The notes: generated by a model from the sequence alone, not told the origin. Shown: positions 37,279-49,958, counted from the stretch's first letter. The stretch: 64,000 nucleotides of DNA from Adineta vaga (GCA_021613535.1 CP075493.1:2790001-2854000); one strand, 5' to 3'. Numbers and translations: made by a program.

Positions 37279-37351
37279 TGTTCTGTGCAGGTGTCGAACC
37301 TGCGACCTTCTGCGTGTTAAGCAGATGTGATAACCGCTACACCAACAGAAC
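37279..37351 (-). tRNA. tRNA-Val (anticodon AAC)
   Basis: Reverse complement GTTCTGTTGGTGTAGCGGTTATCACATCTGCTTAACACGCAGAAGGTCGCAGGTTCGACACCTGCACAGAACA forms a cloverleaf with arm TCTGC-TTAACAC-GCAGA; T-run downstream. Confidence 0.96.
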
Positions 37352-37618
37352 TTCGTCTTATACATCATAATCTTTAAAGTTAATCAGCCTTATATAGTTT
37401 TTGTTGTAATGATATTTGATATATAGAAAAATACATATTTCTCAAAACATCTGTTTTCCGATGTATAATCGTTTCGATATAGGTCATTGTATCAAGAGAA
37501 AGATCGATGAATGACATCATTTGCTGTACAATTCTCTTTATACTTTCAGAAGCTGTTGTGTAAAAGACTTTATTTCGATTTATTTATTTAAAAGAAACAT
37601 TGGTTTTCTATCAAGAAA

Positions 37619-38484
37619 TTTATATTGAATACAGATGACATCGTGCTATATGTACAGTATTAACTTTTTCTTGAATTTTTTCGTATTGATCAAGAATTTC
37701 CCAATTAACTGGACAGACAGGAATATGTATTGGATCAGGCAATGTAGAGAACAATGGTATAGTAACTGGTTTTTTAAACGAACATTTTTGATCTTAATAA
37801 GAAAAAGAGAAAAAAGATTTCATTTCTTTTTTTCTATATGAAATCAATCTTACTTGAATAAGGAGATGGAGTAATTTGACATGTAGCTATATTTCGTTGT
37901 TTATCACTCCACTGACATTCACAATGAACATCAAATAATGGTGTTAAATCAATTGCAAGACATTTTGAATCATCATGACTATTTCGAAGTTTTAATAACG
38001 AACATTTTCGAATGGAAGATAGATTATGTTTATCATTATATGTATGTTCACATTCAGATCCATAATATGCTGATGAACATGCACATTTTTCAGTTTGTTT
38101 TAGAACAATACATTTACCATAATTCAAACATTTTTTTCTACAAAGATTATCAGAATTTGTTCGATGATATTGACAACGTGACCCATCGAAATTAGATGGA
38201 CATCGACAATCAAATCCATTTACTAATTCAATACATGTACCATTATTTAAACAAGCATCTTTTTCACAATCTTTTATATCTTTATTACATATTTCACCAT
38301 ATATTCCTGGATCACAAACACATTGATCACTAATACAATGACCATACAAACATGTTTCATTTGTGCATTTACCTATTTAAATCAAAAGATCGAACTCAAA
38401 TTTTTAGATGATTAATCATGGAGAAAATATTTTACCATGAACGATGATAATGATAGGGAAAAACCAAAGTATAAAGATTTGCAT
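37619..38484 (-). CDS. Secreted protein with 3 EGF-like domains and a Cys-rich C-terminal region (3 exons)
   Basis: Signal peptide MQIFILWFFPIIIIVHG; EGF motifs CVCDPGIYGEIC, DIKDCEKDACLNNGTCIELVNGFDCRCPSNFDGSRC, CLNYGKC..CACSSAYYGSEC. Confidence 0.88.
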
Positions 38485-38727
38485 GATGAATAAACAGAGA
38501 ACGTTAGATAAAGAAAATGATAAAATACGAAAAAAAAAGAATGACATTCCATTTTATAACGTGCAAATATGTTCTATCGACTGATTGTACAATATAACGA
38601 ATCAACATAGATGTACTTCATTTTTTTATTCAAATATAAAATAGAGAAATCAATGTCTTGATCTTGCTTCGATGCAATCATACTTCTTATTTATAAATTA
38701 TAAATGTTTAGTTTCGAAAAATAAGAA

Positions 38728-39580
38728 TCATTTTAAACCGCCACATGCTTTGACACAGTTAACCAGATTGTTACCAAAACAACCTGTACAATCGAGCAGA
38801 ACACCATTTGTAGATCCTTTAAAAACAGGCATAAAAATTGAAAATTGTCGCCTGTTCTCATGTTAATCAAAACATACCTGCACAATGTTGTGGAGTAGAA
38901 CCGCAGCTAGAAAGGAAGTAATGTATTACATAATAGTGTTAGAATCATCTCGACATACTAGCCAAATCTTGAACAACAAAGTCCTCGTGCGCAACCTGTT
39001 TGTTGACAATTACCTTGACCAACTGTTAAATCAATATTTCCACAATGTGCTACTGTTGTACCACAACTAAAATATTCTTACACTTGTCTTTGATGTTTTT
39101 TTTTGTTTTTCTTTTACATACAATCCATAGGCACTACAGCATTGACCGGCAGGACATCCTTGTGTTTTACAATTACCATTTGTTATCGGAGTGTTGTCAC
39201 AGTGTTCAGCTGTATTTCCACAATAACCATATTTTGAGCAACATAATCCATTTGGACAACCCTTTGTTTGACAATCACCTTGTGTTCGTGCACCTTCACA
39301 ATGTTCAGGTGTTGAACCACAACTATTTGTAGGAAATAAATAGAAAAAGCAATTAGAGAATGTGTTAATGATGATGAATAATATTTACTATCCATATTGT
39401 GAACAACATTGACCGTCTGGACAGCCGAAAAGGAAACAAGTTCCACAGCATTGCTCGTCTAAAGTTCGTATATAATTTTACAAAAAAAATCCAATTAATT
39501 AATCTACTTTTTCCTGTAACGTTCAAAGCAAGTGATTGTACTAATGTAATAAAAGTCAGAAGAAATACAATACCAATCAT
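38728..39580 (-). CDS. Secreted lectin with four tandem hevein-like (chitin-binding type 1, CBM18) domains (6 exons)
   Basis: Signal MIGIVFLLTFITLVQS; repeats GCPDGQCCSQYGYCGSTPEHC, GCPNGLCCSKYGYCGNTAEHC, GCPAGQCCSAYGFCGTTVAHC, GCARGLCCSRFGYCGSTPQHC; Cys-rich tail DCTGCFGNNLVNCVKACGGLK*. Confidence 0.92.
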
Positions 39581-40747
39581 TGTAGTTTCTTTTTGTAATA
39601 TCAACAAGTTGGTCTCTGTGGAAAAAAAAGTTCTTTTTACTACGTAATCTTTGTTTTCTGTTTCATTTTTTGTATATAGAAGATATTTATATACTGATTA
39701 ACCGCAAAACTATAGTTAATCTGTGTTTTGCCTACACATTTAAAACTTGCTATTTATTGTATACTAATCGTAGAAAAGGACAACAAAAACAAAGTAACAA
39801 GGTTAAAATCTTTCAATAGAAATAGATCACAGGATCTAAGTCTTTAGATCGAAGTTTATCGAAAAGATCAAGAGACATAAAGCTTTAATCCATTTAAATA
39901 GATTCTATATATTATATATAGTGGTTGGAAATTCTTCGTGTATTATCGAATACAATCGAAATTCATTCATTCGTTGTTGCATATAAATACTTAAGACATC
40001 TGAAATCTGTCTTCAATAATGACCTGATCTTCTCGAGATCCATCTGCGAAGCGCATCATTCGAATATTTGCTTTTTTTATTCACGAGTAACAACTATTTC
40101 TTCTGCTGCATTTCCCTTGTCCATTTCATTACACGATGATTCTATAAATCCGAAATATAGATGGAATCATTGTCATCAACAACAAGATGAGAAAAGAACT
40201 GTCATTTCAATCTAAATATCACATTGAAGAATGAAATTATTTCAGTTATTCATTATAGATTGTATACCATTCGTCCGATATGTTATATTTCTATAGACTA
40301 ATATGATTGATCAAATTAATTTGGCATACACATGACGATTCTTTCATAATGAAAGTCAATGTACATTATAAAAAATTTGTTTTAGTACAAAAGACCATCA
40401 TTACATAACATCCTTTACTTAATAAATGAGATTTTTCTTTCAAGGCTCAGTAATGATCACGGTTTGTCTTCAGATATGTTCAGGCCAATAGGGAATCTAA
40501 GGGTATACATCATTGCCTTGTTTAAGATTCGAACCACAAATATTCGTACCAACTTGTCTTAGACCATTCAACTACATTCTTTCGTTCTGTCTTTCTTTTC
40601 ATCAATTCTTAATCGATCGGATAGAGCATATCTCAGATGTTGTTCTACCTCTTAAAACTGATAATTAGTTTTCAAAACAATTCAATAACATGTTTTATAC
40701 TGTGAAGTTGTTCTTTATTTGAATAACTATCGAAAACATGTTTCATT

Positions 40748-41152
40748 TTAACCGCTATGTTTAAGACGTCGATAACAATTGAGCATTTCTGTAACAACAT
40801 CAAGTTTGGAACTGTTCTTATAATATTTCAAACCCCGAATACAATTGAGTACTTCTGTTGTTGTCCATAATGCATCACGTTTAACAATTGTATGATCATG
40901 TGGATGACGTGTATTACGATGTAATGTTTCACTTGATGTTGCTGATAGAGATTCATCAATAAGTTTACGTGAAAGAAATTCATCGAGTTCAGCCAATTGT
41001 TGATGAGTTAAAGATCGAAATTGATTATTTAGTTCAATTGTATCACCATCACTATTATCATTATCATCACGATCATATACTGAAGCTGCTTGACAAACAA
41101 CACATAATGTCAAGCAAACTAGAATTAAACAACAAAAGATATTGACTTTCAT
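40748..41152 (-). CDS. Putative secreted peptide-hormone/neuropeptide precursor
   Basis: Signal peptide, acidic spacer, KR site, then a 42-residue segment with two Cys ending in terminal Gly (amidation signal). Confidence 0.7.
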   Translation of the reverse strand: MKVNIFCCLILVCLTLCVVCQAASVYDRDDNDNSDGDTIELNNQFRSLTHQQLAELDEFLSRKLIDESLSATSSETLHRNTRHPHDHTIVKRDALWTTTEVLNCIRGLKYYKNSSKLDVVTEMLNCYRRLKHSG

Positions 41153-42391
41153 ATCAATTTAGTTATAGATTACTTACCAAATAATGAAAATTTCATTAAC
41201 ATGGTTCAGAGTATAGACGTGTTGACCGTATGCAAAAGAAATAGATAGATATGCGTCTGATAAGCAAACGAGTATATGTATGCTCGGATATATAAACGTA
41301 TACATGTGTATATATACAGAGATATCGATGGCGTCAATTTTTGTCTACTGTTGCCTACGATTGCGTTTTTTTCTCTTCTTCTTTTCCTTTCGCATTTGCT
41401 GCTGTCACTCAAGGCAATGATGAATGAGTTATAATACTAAGAACCAATGTTTATCATTGGATAAGTGATGATATTCTTTATCGTCAATCAACACTTACAA
41501 TTCTATAAAATAGATTCAATATAAGTCCTACTTATACTAAAAAACCTTTTGATAAAATGTATAAACAAAGATCCACACTTATTAATCTTCCGAAATGAAT
41601 GACTTACAAATGAAATTCCGAAGAATAGTAAATATATGATGTTTTATTTATCTAGAATATATACTTGAATTAATGATTCCTTCAAGTTGTATATTTTTAT
41701 CATTACATATTCGTCTATACAAGTATTGTCAGTAGCTTTTAGATTTATTCCATAGATTTTACTCTGGGAAGAAAATTAAGAACTAAATTTTAAAACATTC
41801 TTCTTCTGTATAAAATTCATTTCTCGTTTGAAACGAAACTGATCAAATAGACACCAATCTGTCCATATATAATAAAAAAACAAGCATATCTATCGATAGA
41901 AAAGTAGTGTCTTTTTAGTTTTGTTTTATCATACTTTCACGTCGTTTTCTGGTGTGGATCCACATAAAATAATTCACATATTTTGTATGAAAAATTTCAA
42001 ATAGAAAAAAACACCATTTACAGTATTCGTTCTTACATAAAATATATGTCTTATAATTTCAAGAATGACTATCATCCGTATTTGAAGAGAATACATACAT
42101 TCAGCGAGATTCTCATTCACAATGATAAAGAATTTCCGTGAGAAAAAACCATTCGTTTATCAATCACTTGTGAAGATCAAAAGCTACTACGTGATTAAAT
42201 GTATCTTCGATACAGAAATCATGAGATTATTTAATAGAACCATCTGCACGTATTTAGTATGTGCTCTGTACATCCTATACATGAAACAATACCGTTCTTA
42301 ACATACTTCACATAACGAAAATCTTCTATAAAAAGTGATAGACACTTCAAATATTTATTTTACTTTAACAATATAATACAGAAGTATAAGC

Positions 42392-44648
42392 ATGACGGTC
42401 AAGTCTGAATCAAAATTAGACTTAGACACTGACTACAAAGAAAAAGCAAGTCAAGTAGATAATGATGAAGAATATGATTATATTACTGTACCACCCGATG
42501 GAGGTTTTGGTTGGATTGTTCTTATTGCATGTTTTGTAAGTGTTCATTGTTAAAAATATTCTGGAAAATTTCATCTAGTTTTATTCAGATGATCAATTTA
42601 ATTGTCGATGGTTTTCTCTATTCATTTGGAGCAATAAGTGCTGATCTTGGAAAATTCTATCATTGTGAAGAATGGGCTGTTACATTGATTCTTTCATTAG
42701 CATGTGGTTTTTATTTACTCAGTGGTAATTAAGTCATTTTATTTCTTTTCAAATTCGCTTGATCTTTATATAGCACCTGTGGCTGCTGCTCTCTGTAATA
42801 AATGGAGTTGTCGTACAACTGGTGCTATTGGAAGTATTCTTGCCGGATTAGCTGTTGGAATATCTGTTTGTTCACCAAATATATACGTAATGTGTTTATT
42901 ATTTGGTCTCATTGGTGGTATTGGAATGGGTTTGCTTTATTTACCAAGTATCATTATGGTTGGATATTATTTTGAAGGAAAACGTGCAATTGCTACAGGT
43001 TGAATAAAGAATTTTGCTCGTTGAAAACTAGGAAATCAAATTTGAATGTTCTAGGTATTGTCACGGCTGGTACTGGAATCGGTTCAATTATAATTCCACC
43101 TATCTCTAGATATTTATTCAATGCATTTGGTTGGAAATACGGTTTAGTTATTTTGTCTGTACTTCTACTTTCTTGTGTGATTTGTTGTGCTTTTATGCTT
43201 CCTTTAAAACCAATGCGTATACGACGCAATGTCCCATCAGTTGATGTGTAAGTTTTTCGAATTTTTCAAAATAACTTTCATCATTTTGTTTTCATTTATT
43301 TTTATTCCAAAGTATTGATGATAATGTTTTCAGTAGCAAGGTGAGTTATAAAATCTTGATTTGAGATTTATATTTTCATTTTCATTTCGTATAGACGACA
43401 TCTGTAGTTAATCATGCAGCTGTAATAGTACCATCAGCCAATGCTTCAGAATTTTACGCAGAAGATAAGATTAAAAAACGATCTCGAACTGAATCAGCAC
43501 TATCATCAAAATCAAGACAAAGTATTAAAGCTGAAGATGCTGTTCGTCCGTAAGACAATTCATTGTTGAAACGTCTTTTTTTCTTACATTTTCTTCTTCT
43601 CTAGTTTATATAGAGAAGATGTTCTCTATCAAGGTGATACACGAGATTTACCTGAATATCGATCACATAATGATATTCCAAGTTATATTCAAGATACAAC
43701 AAAAGTTCCTGAAGTAGTAGATAAATCAAAAATGAAAGCATTTTGGGATGTCTTTCTTTCCATGACAAATTTCGATCTATTAAAGGACAGAAAAATGCTT
43801 ATTATTTGTTTGGTAAAGTAAATATAGACAGAATATTTTCGTTTTTATTTGTTTCTCTTCATTCTTCAAGGCTAATATTTGTTCAATGATCGGTTATTAC
43901 ACACCATATGCATTTATTGTTAAAGTTGCAAGTTCAGAAGGAGTTCCAGAAAGAAGTGCTGTTTTTCTCCTATCAGTCATTGGTAATTCGAATAATAACA
44001 ATGATGCTAGTCATATTCTATTCAAAACAACCTCTTTGTTCTTCTAGGTTTTAGCAATACACCAACTCGTTTTCTCTCAGGTTTGATAACAAAAATTCCT
44101 TATATGACACCATTACTTGTCAATAATATTGGTCTAACTGTTGCTGGTATTGCCACATTCTTTATACCATTGTATAATACATATGAACTTTTAATCTTTT
44201 ATTGTATCATATGGGGTGGTTTTATTGGTAAATATGAAAAGTTCTTTATATTATGAAGTAATTGAAAGATGTTCTTTGTTTTCTTGTAGCATTTCATGTT
44301 TCATTAAGTCCAGTGATTATTTGCGAAATGGCTGGTCTTGAACGTTATAGTAGTGCATTAGGTTTAACAATGATGTTTCGAGGTATAACATCCTTAATTG
44401 CTCCACCGGTAAATTATTTCGATTTAAAAATAGATTCTTTTTCCCATAATTCGATTTAGATTATGGGTGCTATTCGTGATTTAACTGGAGATTTTGATAT
44501 TCCATTTATTGTTTCTGGAATGAGTTTTATTTTAAGTGCATTGATACACTTTTATCTTATGTGGATCAATCATCGTGAGAAGATTCAAATGAAAAAACAA
44601 CAAAATAATATTGATCTTCAAATCAATCCAATTGCATCAGATGTTTGA
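42392..44648 (+). CDS. Monocarboxylate transporter family (SLC16, MFS), ~12 exons
   Basis: PPDGGFGWIVLIACF, GLIGGIGMGLLYLPSIIMVGYYFEGKRAIATGI, FGWKYGLVIL, GLERYSSALGLTMMFRG, MGAIRDLTGDFDIPF. Confidence 0.95.
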
Positions 44649-45043
44649 TTCTTCTCTTTCATCAAATGACTTTTTTCAATTTTCTATCATTCATTAATCG
44701 GATTTAAATGTTCTGTAGTTCTAGTTCTTTTATATTTATCTAAGTATAATCTCTTTTGAAGGTTCAATTTCACATCTCATTTCTTCTCTCTACTTAATAA
44801 TATTCTCATAAGTTATCAATGTCAATATAGTATGACAGTTAGTCTTGGACTTTCATTTGATGGAGACGTGTGTTCCTATAAGTTACCTCTCAATACAAAA
44901 AAAACATCTATAAATCATAGAGAAGTAATTATAATCGTAATCTCTTTTCATAACGAAAAGTATATTGAAAAGAAAATCAATTTCGTTTCTTTTTCCTGTG
45001 TCATGATTATATAAAAAATCAAAACAGATCATATATCATATAT

Positions 45044-45991
45044 TCATGTGCATTGATATGTACTATCACATTGACTTGTAAAACGATTAAATTTTTGTCC
45101 AATTGGACAGACAGCTCCTATAGGTGCTAGAATAGAAAGATATATGTGATACTCTTGTGCGAGAACAGAATCTTTCGTTACTACTTACTACCAAAAGGTT
45201 GAGGACAATAGAAATATCGACCAATACCACATTGTGCTGTATCAGGAAAGACACCTTGTCGTGTACAAGTAAAATAACCTTTTTATATTAATAAATAAAC
45301 AAATGAATATATAGAAAATAAATAAAATAGGATGACCTACATTGATTGCAATTTACTCCTCGATAACCAGGTGTACAATGACAATAGGCATAAGTACTTG
45401 CTCCAATTGTTTGTTCATAACAAGTTCCACTTTGACATAATCCTGCATAACAACGTGTTGCCATACCTATAAGATATTTTTCGAACAAAAATAAGAGATA
45501 AAATTTCAACAAATATAAATCGATATTTAACCTTGAATTTCGCAATGTTCGCCACTGAAGCCTAATTGACACCAGCACACCTGTTGGCCATTGACAACAT
45601 TACAAACGCCACTGTTCACACATGTTTTTGCACAAGCTGCTTGAAATGGATTGACTGCACCTATGAACAAAATATCGATGCAATTTTACAGAGCACGATC
45701 AATCATCTTCTTACGGCAAGGTGCATTTACAACAGATTGAATATTATTTGGACATGTACATAAAACTGTATTATAACTCGGTGGTAAATCATTACAACAA
45801 TAACCAGTAAATGAATCAAAAACACCAGGGACAAGTTGACATGGATTACTTGCACATGTAACTATGAATATATTCACAATATAAATTCAATTAAATAATA
45901 TGGTTCATTTCTTAAGCATACCTCCTTCAATAATATGTACGCATTGATGTAACAGAAAAGTTACAATTATTAAAACCGATGCACGATTCAT
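45044..45991 (-). CDS. Secreted protein with EGF-like domains and a C-terminal peritrophin-A (CBM14) chitin-binding domain (6 exons)
   Basis: Signal MNRASVLIIVTFLLHQCVHIIEG; EGF CVNSGVC..CWCQLGFSGEHC and CQSGTC..CHCTPGYRGVNC; CBM14 pattern FTCTRQGVFPDTAQCGIGRYFYC..CPIGQKFNRFTSQCD. Confidence 0.85.
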
Positions 45992-46169
45992 GATGAGATA
46001 AACAATAGAAAAACAAGTTAGAAAATTTATCATTCTTTTATATCATCGATCTGTGGTCCTTCGAAGATGTTAATCTCTTGTTATTTCTTAATTATTTTCA
46101 TGAAATTGATATCTTATTTTGAGATTTTTTCTTTATTCAGGATAAAAAAAATGTTTCTTTTCTTTTCTC

Positions 46170-47794
46170 TTAAGCCAACGTACCCATACAACAATCAATC
46201 TTATTAAAAAAACGAATCTGTTTTGAAAACAAATTATCAAATAAAAGATATAAGAAATGAATATGATAATGTAATAAAAATGGTAATGGATCATTCCATG
46301 ACCAAATCGCTTCTTTACCTGTAAAAATCATTCGTAAACATGCCATTAATTTCTTCATCGATCGAATATTTCGACAGAATTGCCATAATTCATTTGGTAA
46401 CCAATAAATTATTCGAGTTGATGATAATGGAACAATCATTGATGTTGATTCACTTTCAAAATAAGCATTTGCGACAAATGGATGATTATAAAATGAAGTT
46501 ATTACAGAATTTACATATGGATGACATTCAATAGCATAAACTTGTCCATCAAGATCATTTTGAATAAAATTCAATGATAGATGACCCGTTAATTTCAATG
46601 TTTGAATGTATTGAGTACACCATTGTAAAATATCGGGTCGATCAATATGTTTATAATGAGTTTTTAATGAACAGACAAATAATTTTATTTCACCATTAAT
46701 ACATGTAAGATGTGTAGAATATTCTTGACCGGAAATGAACTTTTGTAAAAGATATGGACAATCTTCACTGATAGATAATTTGTTAATAGATTCAATCGTT
46801 TCAGTGAGTGTTGATCGAGGTAATTTAATCGTTTTATCATGATGAATGTCGTTATTTGGAATAGCTGGTTTACATATGTAGGAATGATCAATATTGTTAA
46901 AATCAAAATTTAATAATTCTTGTCGTGATGTAATTAGAAAAGAGATTGGTACTGTTAAATTCATGGAACGAGCTTTTTCAATAAATGTATATTGATTCTT
47001 AATGATCATCAGATGATCTGAATTGAGATGGAATATCGAACAATTATGTGTCGCTAAGGCAGATTCCAACTATTTAAAAACAAAGAATTATGAACTTGTC
47101 TTCTTACAATTTGTTAATTATGACATACCTGTGTATCGATTTGAGAATTACAACATGGAATAAATATATTAATCTTTTCTTTTCGTACAATATTTGCAAG
47201 TGTTTTTATATAAGCATTCGATTCTTTTATTGGCGATGGATGAACATAGAATCGTTCAACTGAATTCGACCAACGATGGCCTGTAAGCCAATTTATTGAT
47301 TCATCAACAAGAATTATCTGATGACCAGCGCGATAAAATGATCGACATAATTGAAGTGCTTTTGTTGTACTACCACCTGAAATTAATATTCGTTTAGTAT
47401 TTGGATTGGATATTGTTAATAAACATTTTCGTTGAATACGATTTATTAAATAGGATAAAAACAATGTAAATAATGTGATAAGTAAATTTAATGGAAACAT
47501 TAAACCAAGTAAAACAAGACAAAATATTGTACGAATATAATTATTTAATATATAAGAAGGTATATGAGTTAATTGAGAGATATATTTTATCAATCGACGA
47601 TATGGTAACCATGATTGTTCAAGATTTTCTTGTGATTCTTGTCTAAATTTAGTGATTTTCATGGAATCGAATATTCTTTTATGTAAATCATCAGAATCTA
47701 GATTTCAATGATACGAAAAAGAAAAGATTTTATCGAATAATTTCAATATACCTTGAACTTTATGAATATCGTTTTTGTTTAAAATCGAAGACAT
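46170..47794 (-). CDS. mysC: MysC-like ATP-grasp protein (mycosporine-glycine ligase homolog); exons 47794-47752, 47697-47129, 47069-46170
   Basis: RILISGGSTTKALQLCRSFYRAGHQIILVD..WLTGHRWSNSVERFYVHPSP, EKARSMNLTVPISFLITS, LKLTGHLS, DGQVYAIEC, SVITSFYNHP, DPLPFLLHYH are collinear with cyanobacterial/fungal MysC; two in-frame GT-AG introns. Confidence 0.88.
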
Positions 47795-49103
47795 TATTTA
47801 GAATTAATCGGAAGAAAAGTAGGTGTGTTCGTTGTAAATTTCGAGATGAAGAATGCGTATACAGTGGACTTCTGAACTATTCGTTTAATTCTATCGTTTA
47901 GTAAACAAAGAACTATTTGAATCGATTCAATTCGACAGTATGTATTACGTCATCCAGTATCCTAGATCATATCGATCGTCATTTAGAAACGAAAAACAAA
48001 AGACATTCAACTGATCATCTGATCGTCTATTATTCAGCATTGCTATAGTCATATAAGTGCTGTACTTGTGATGATTAGAAATACAGAAAAATGAATAAAA
48101 AGATATCGTACTCAATGGCCTTTTCTAAATTTCTTAGTGTTGTTTTGCATTTCAAAGAAGTAAGATGGAACGAAATAGTTTTCACTAAATTAATTAAAAA
48201 ATACCATCAAGATGTGAGTAACGTCATCGATTTAAGAACTCATCTTTTACTTTTTACATCTGTATTTATCGTTTGGTTGATATGAAATCTTATCTATTAA
48301 ATCATCGTATTGATTATTTAAATTATAAACGTTAGTGATGTTATTGATTTGTATTTTACAACAACAAATGATGTTTTCGATGATTTATGTCTCGTTAAAT
48401 TGATAATATAATTATCTCGTAAATATAGAGCAACATTTGGTCGTTAAAGAATAAGAATAACGAAGATTGGCATTCCATGATTCGTTTATGTATGAATGAC
48501 TAAATTTAATTTCATTAATCTTAGATGAACGTGACATGATATGCTTTTAGAATTTTAATGAAAGATTTAGTTCAAAGACATCAACATAGAACATTAGATA
48601 AAGAGATAAATGTTTTGAAATGTTAATCTGTTTCTTATATTCTATTCTCTAATGACATGAAGGAACTCCTCTCGAGCATTACTAGATAATATAATTGCTG
48701 TACCGAACATAAGTACCAAACAAAATCAAGGACGATATCTAAATGAAAGATCAAACGATAGGATGTCTCCTTACATTGAAACAAGCATTTTCTATGTTCT
48801 ATTTTTATTAGAAAGTATTTTAATTGTATTTCTATGGACATTAGGTATATGAAGATAATTATCAGTACACTCTTTTTCTTGTCTCACTATAAATAGTCTG
48901 TAAACAACATCTGTCATGTCTTCGAAAAAGAGACGGACTTCGCATCCAAGTACATATCATTTAGAGATTGATATCTTTGACCTTTTCTGATTACATGATA
49001 TATCGTAATTATCATCGAAAACGTATATAGTATTTTCGTTCATCTAGTATAGATATTTAGCAGAAATTTGTAAAAAAAACCCAAAAAAAAGAGACATGAA
49101 TTT

Positions 49104-49958
49104 CTATACAGGTGATTCTTGTATACATCGTTCATTTGTTGTTATCGTTGTTGTATGTCCCTGATCTTCATTTTGTTTACGTTGTGAAACATCATTCGTT
49201 GAATATGAAATACTATGTCGAACATTAGCAAGATTATCTATACTTTTTCGATGTAAATCAAGTAAACTTCGTCGAATATCAGTTGGAATCATATATGGAT
49301 TCAATAATTGATCATTCGGATGAGAATATTTTGTTATTGAATTTGTTGAAATAGTTGAACCACGTGGTCGTCTATGCTCAAATAGATGTGTATTTAATTG
49401 TGGTGTTGTATCCGAATTTGTATAATCATCCAGAGTTGGATCATATATTGGTGTTATAAAAGCACCTGTTGAAGAAAAACGTGGTTTGGAATGAATTACC
49501 ATATCACTAGTACGATGAACAACAGTAATATGATTTAAATTCATGGGTGGTTTGCCAGGTGAACGATAAGGTATATCACGATGACGAATACGTAATAATT
49601 CTGAATGACGAATAAAAACGAATATAGAACCAAGCCATAATAATAGAACACATATTATAATCATAATCTCTGGTATACGAAGTGGATCAGGTTGATCATC
49701 TAGATTGAAATATAACAATATGAGAAGAAGAAAAAATATATATTTTCCTTGTTTTCTTACCATCATCATTGTTCGTCACAGCGGTAATATCAACACTATG
49801 ATTAATACTCGATGATGGTCGAACTTGAACAATGAATTTTTGTGCATCATTAATTAATAAAATTAAGTGTTCAGTATCATTCTATATTTCATCGATAAAA
49901 ATCAAGAAAGAGAAAAAAAACCGTCAGATTTTACCTTATTTGATTTGACTAAACCCAT
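49104..49958 (-). CDS. Single-pass membrane protein with FNDC4/5-like TM segment and C-terminal PDZ-binding motif (3 exons)
   Basis: LRIPEIMIIICVLLLWLGSIFVFIRH resembles the FNDC5 TM (LRTGEVLIIVVVLFMWAGVIALFCR); ends ESPV*. 5' exons tentative. Confidence 0.65.
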
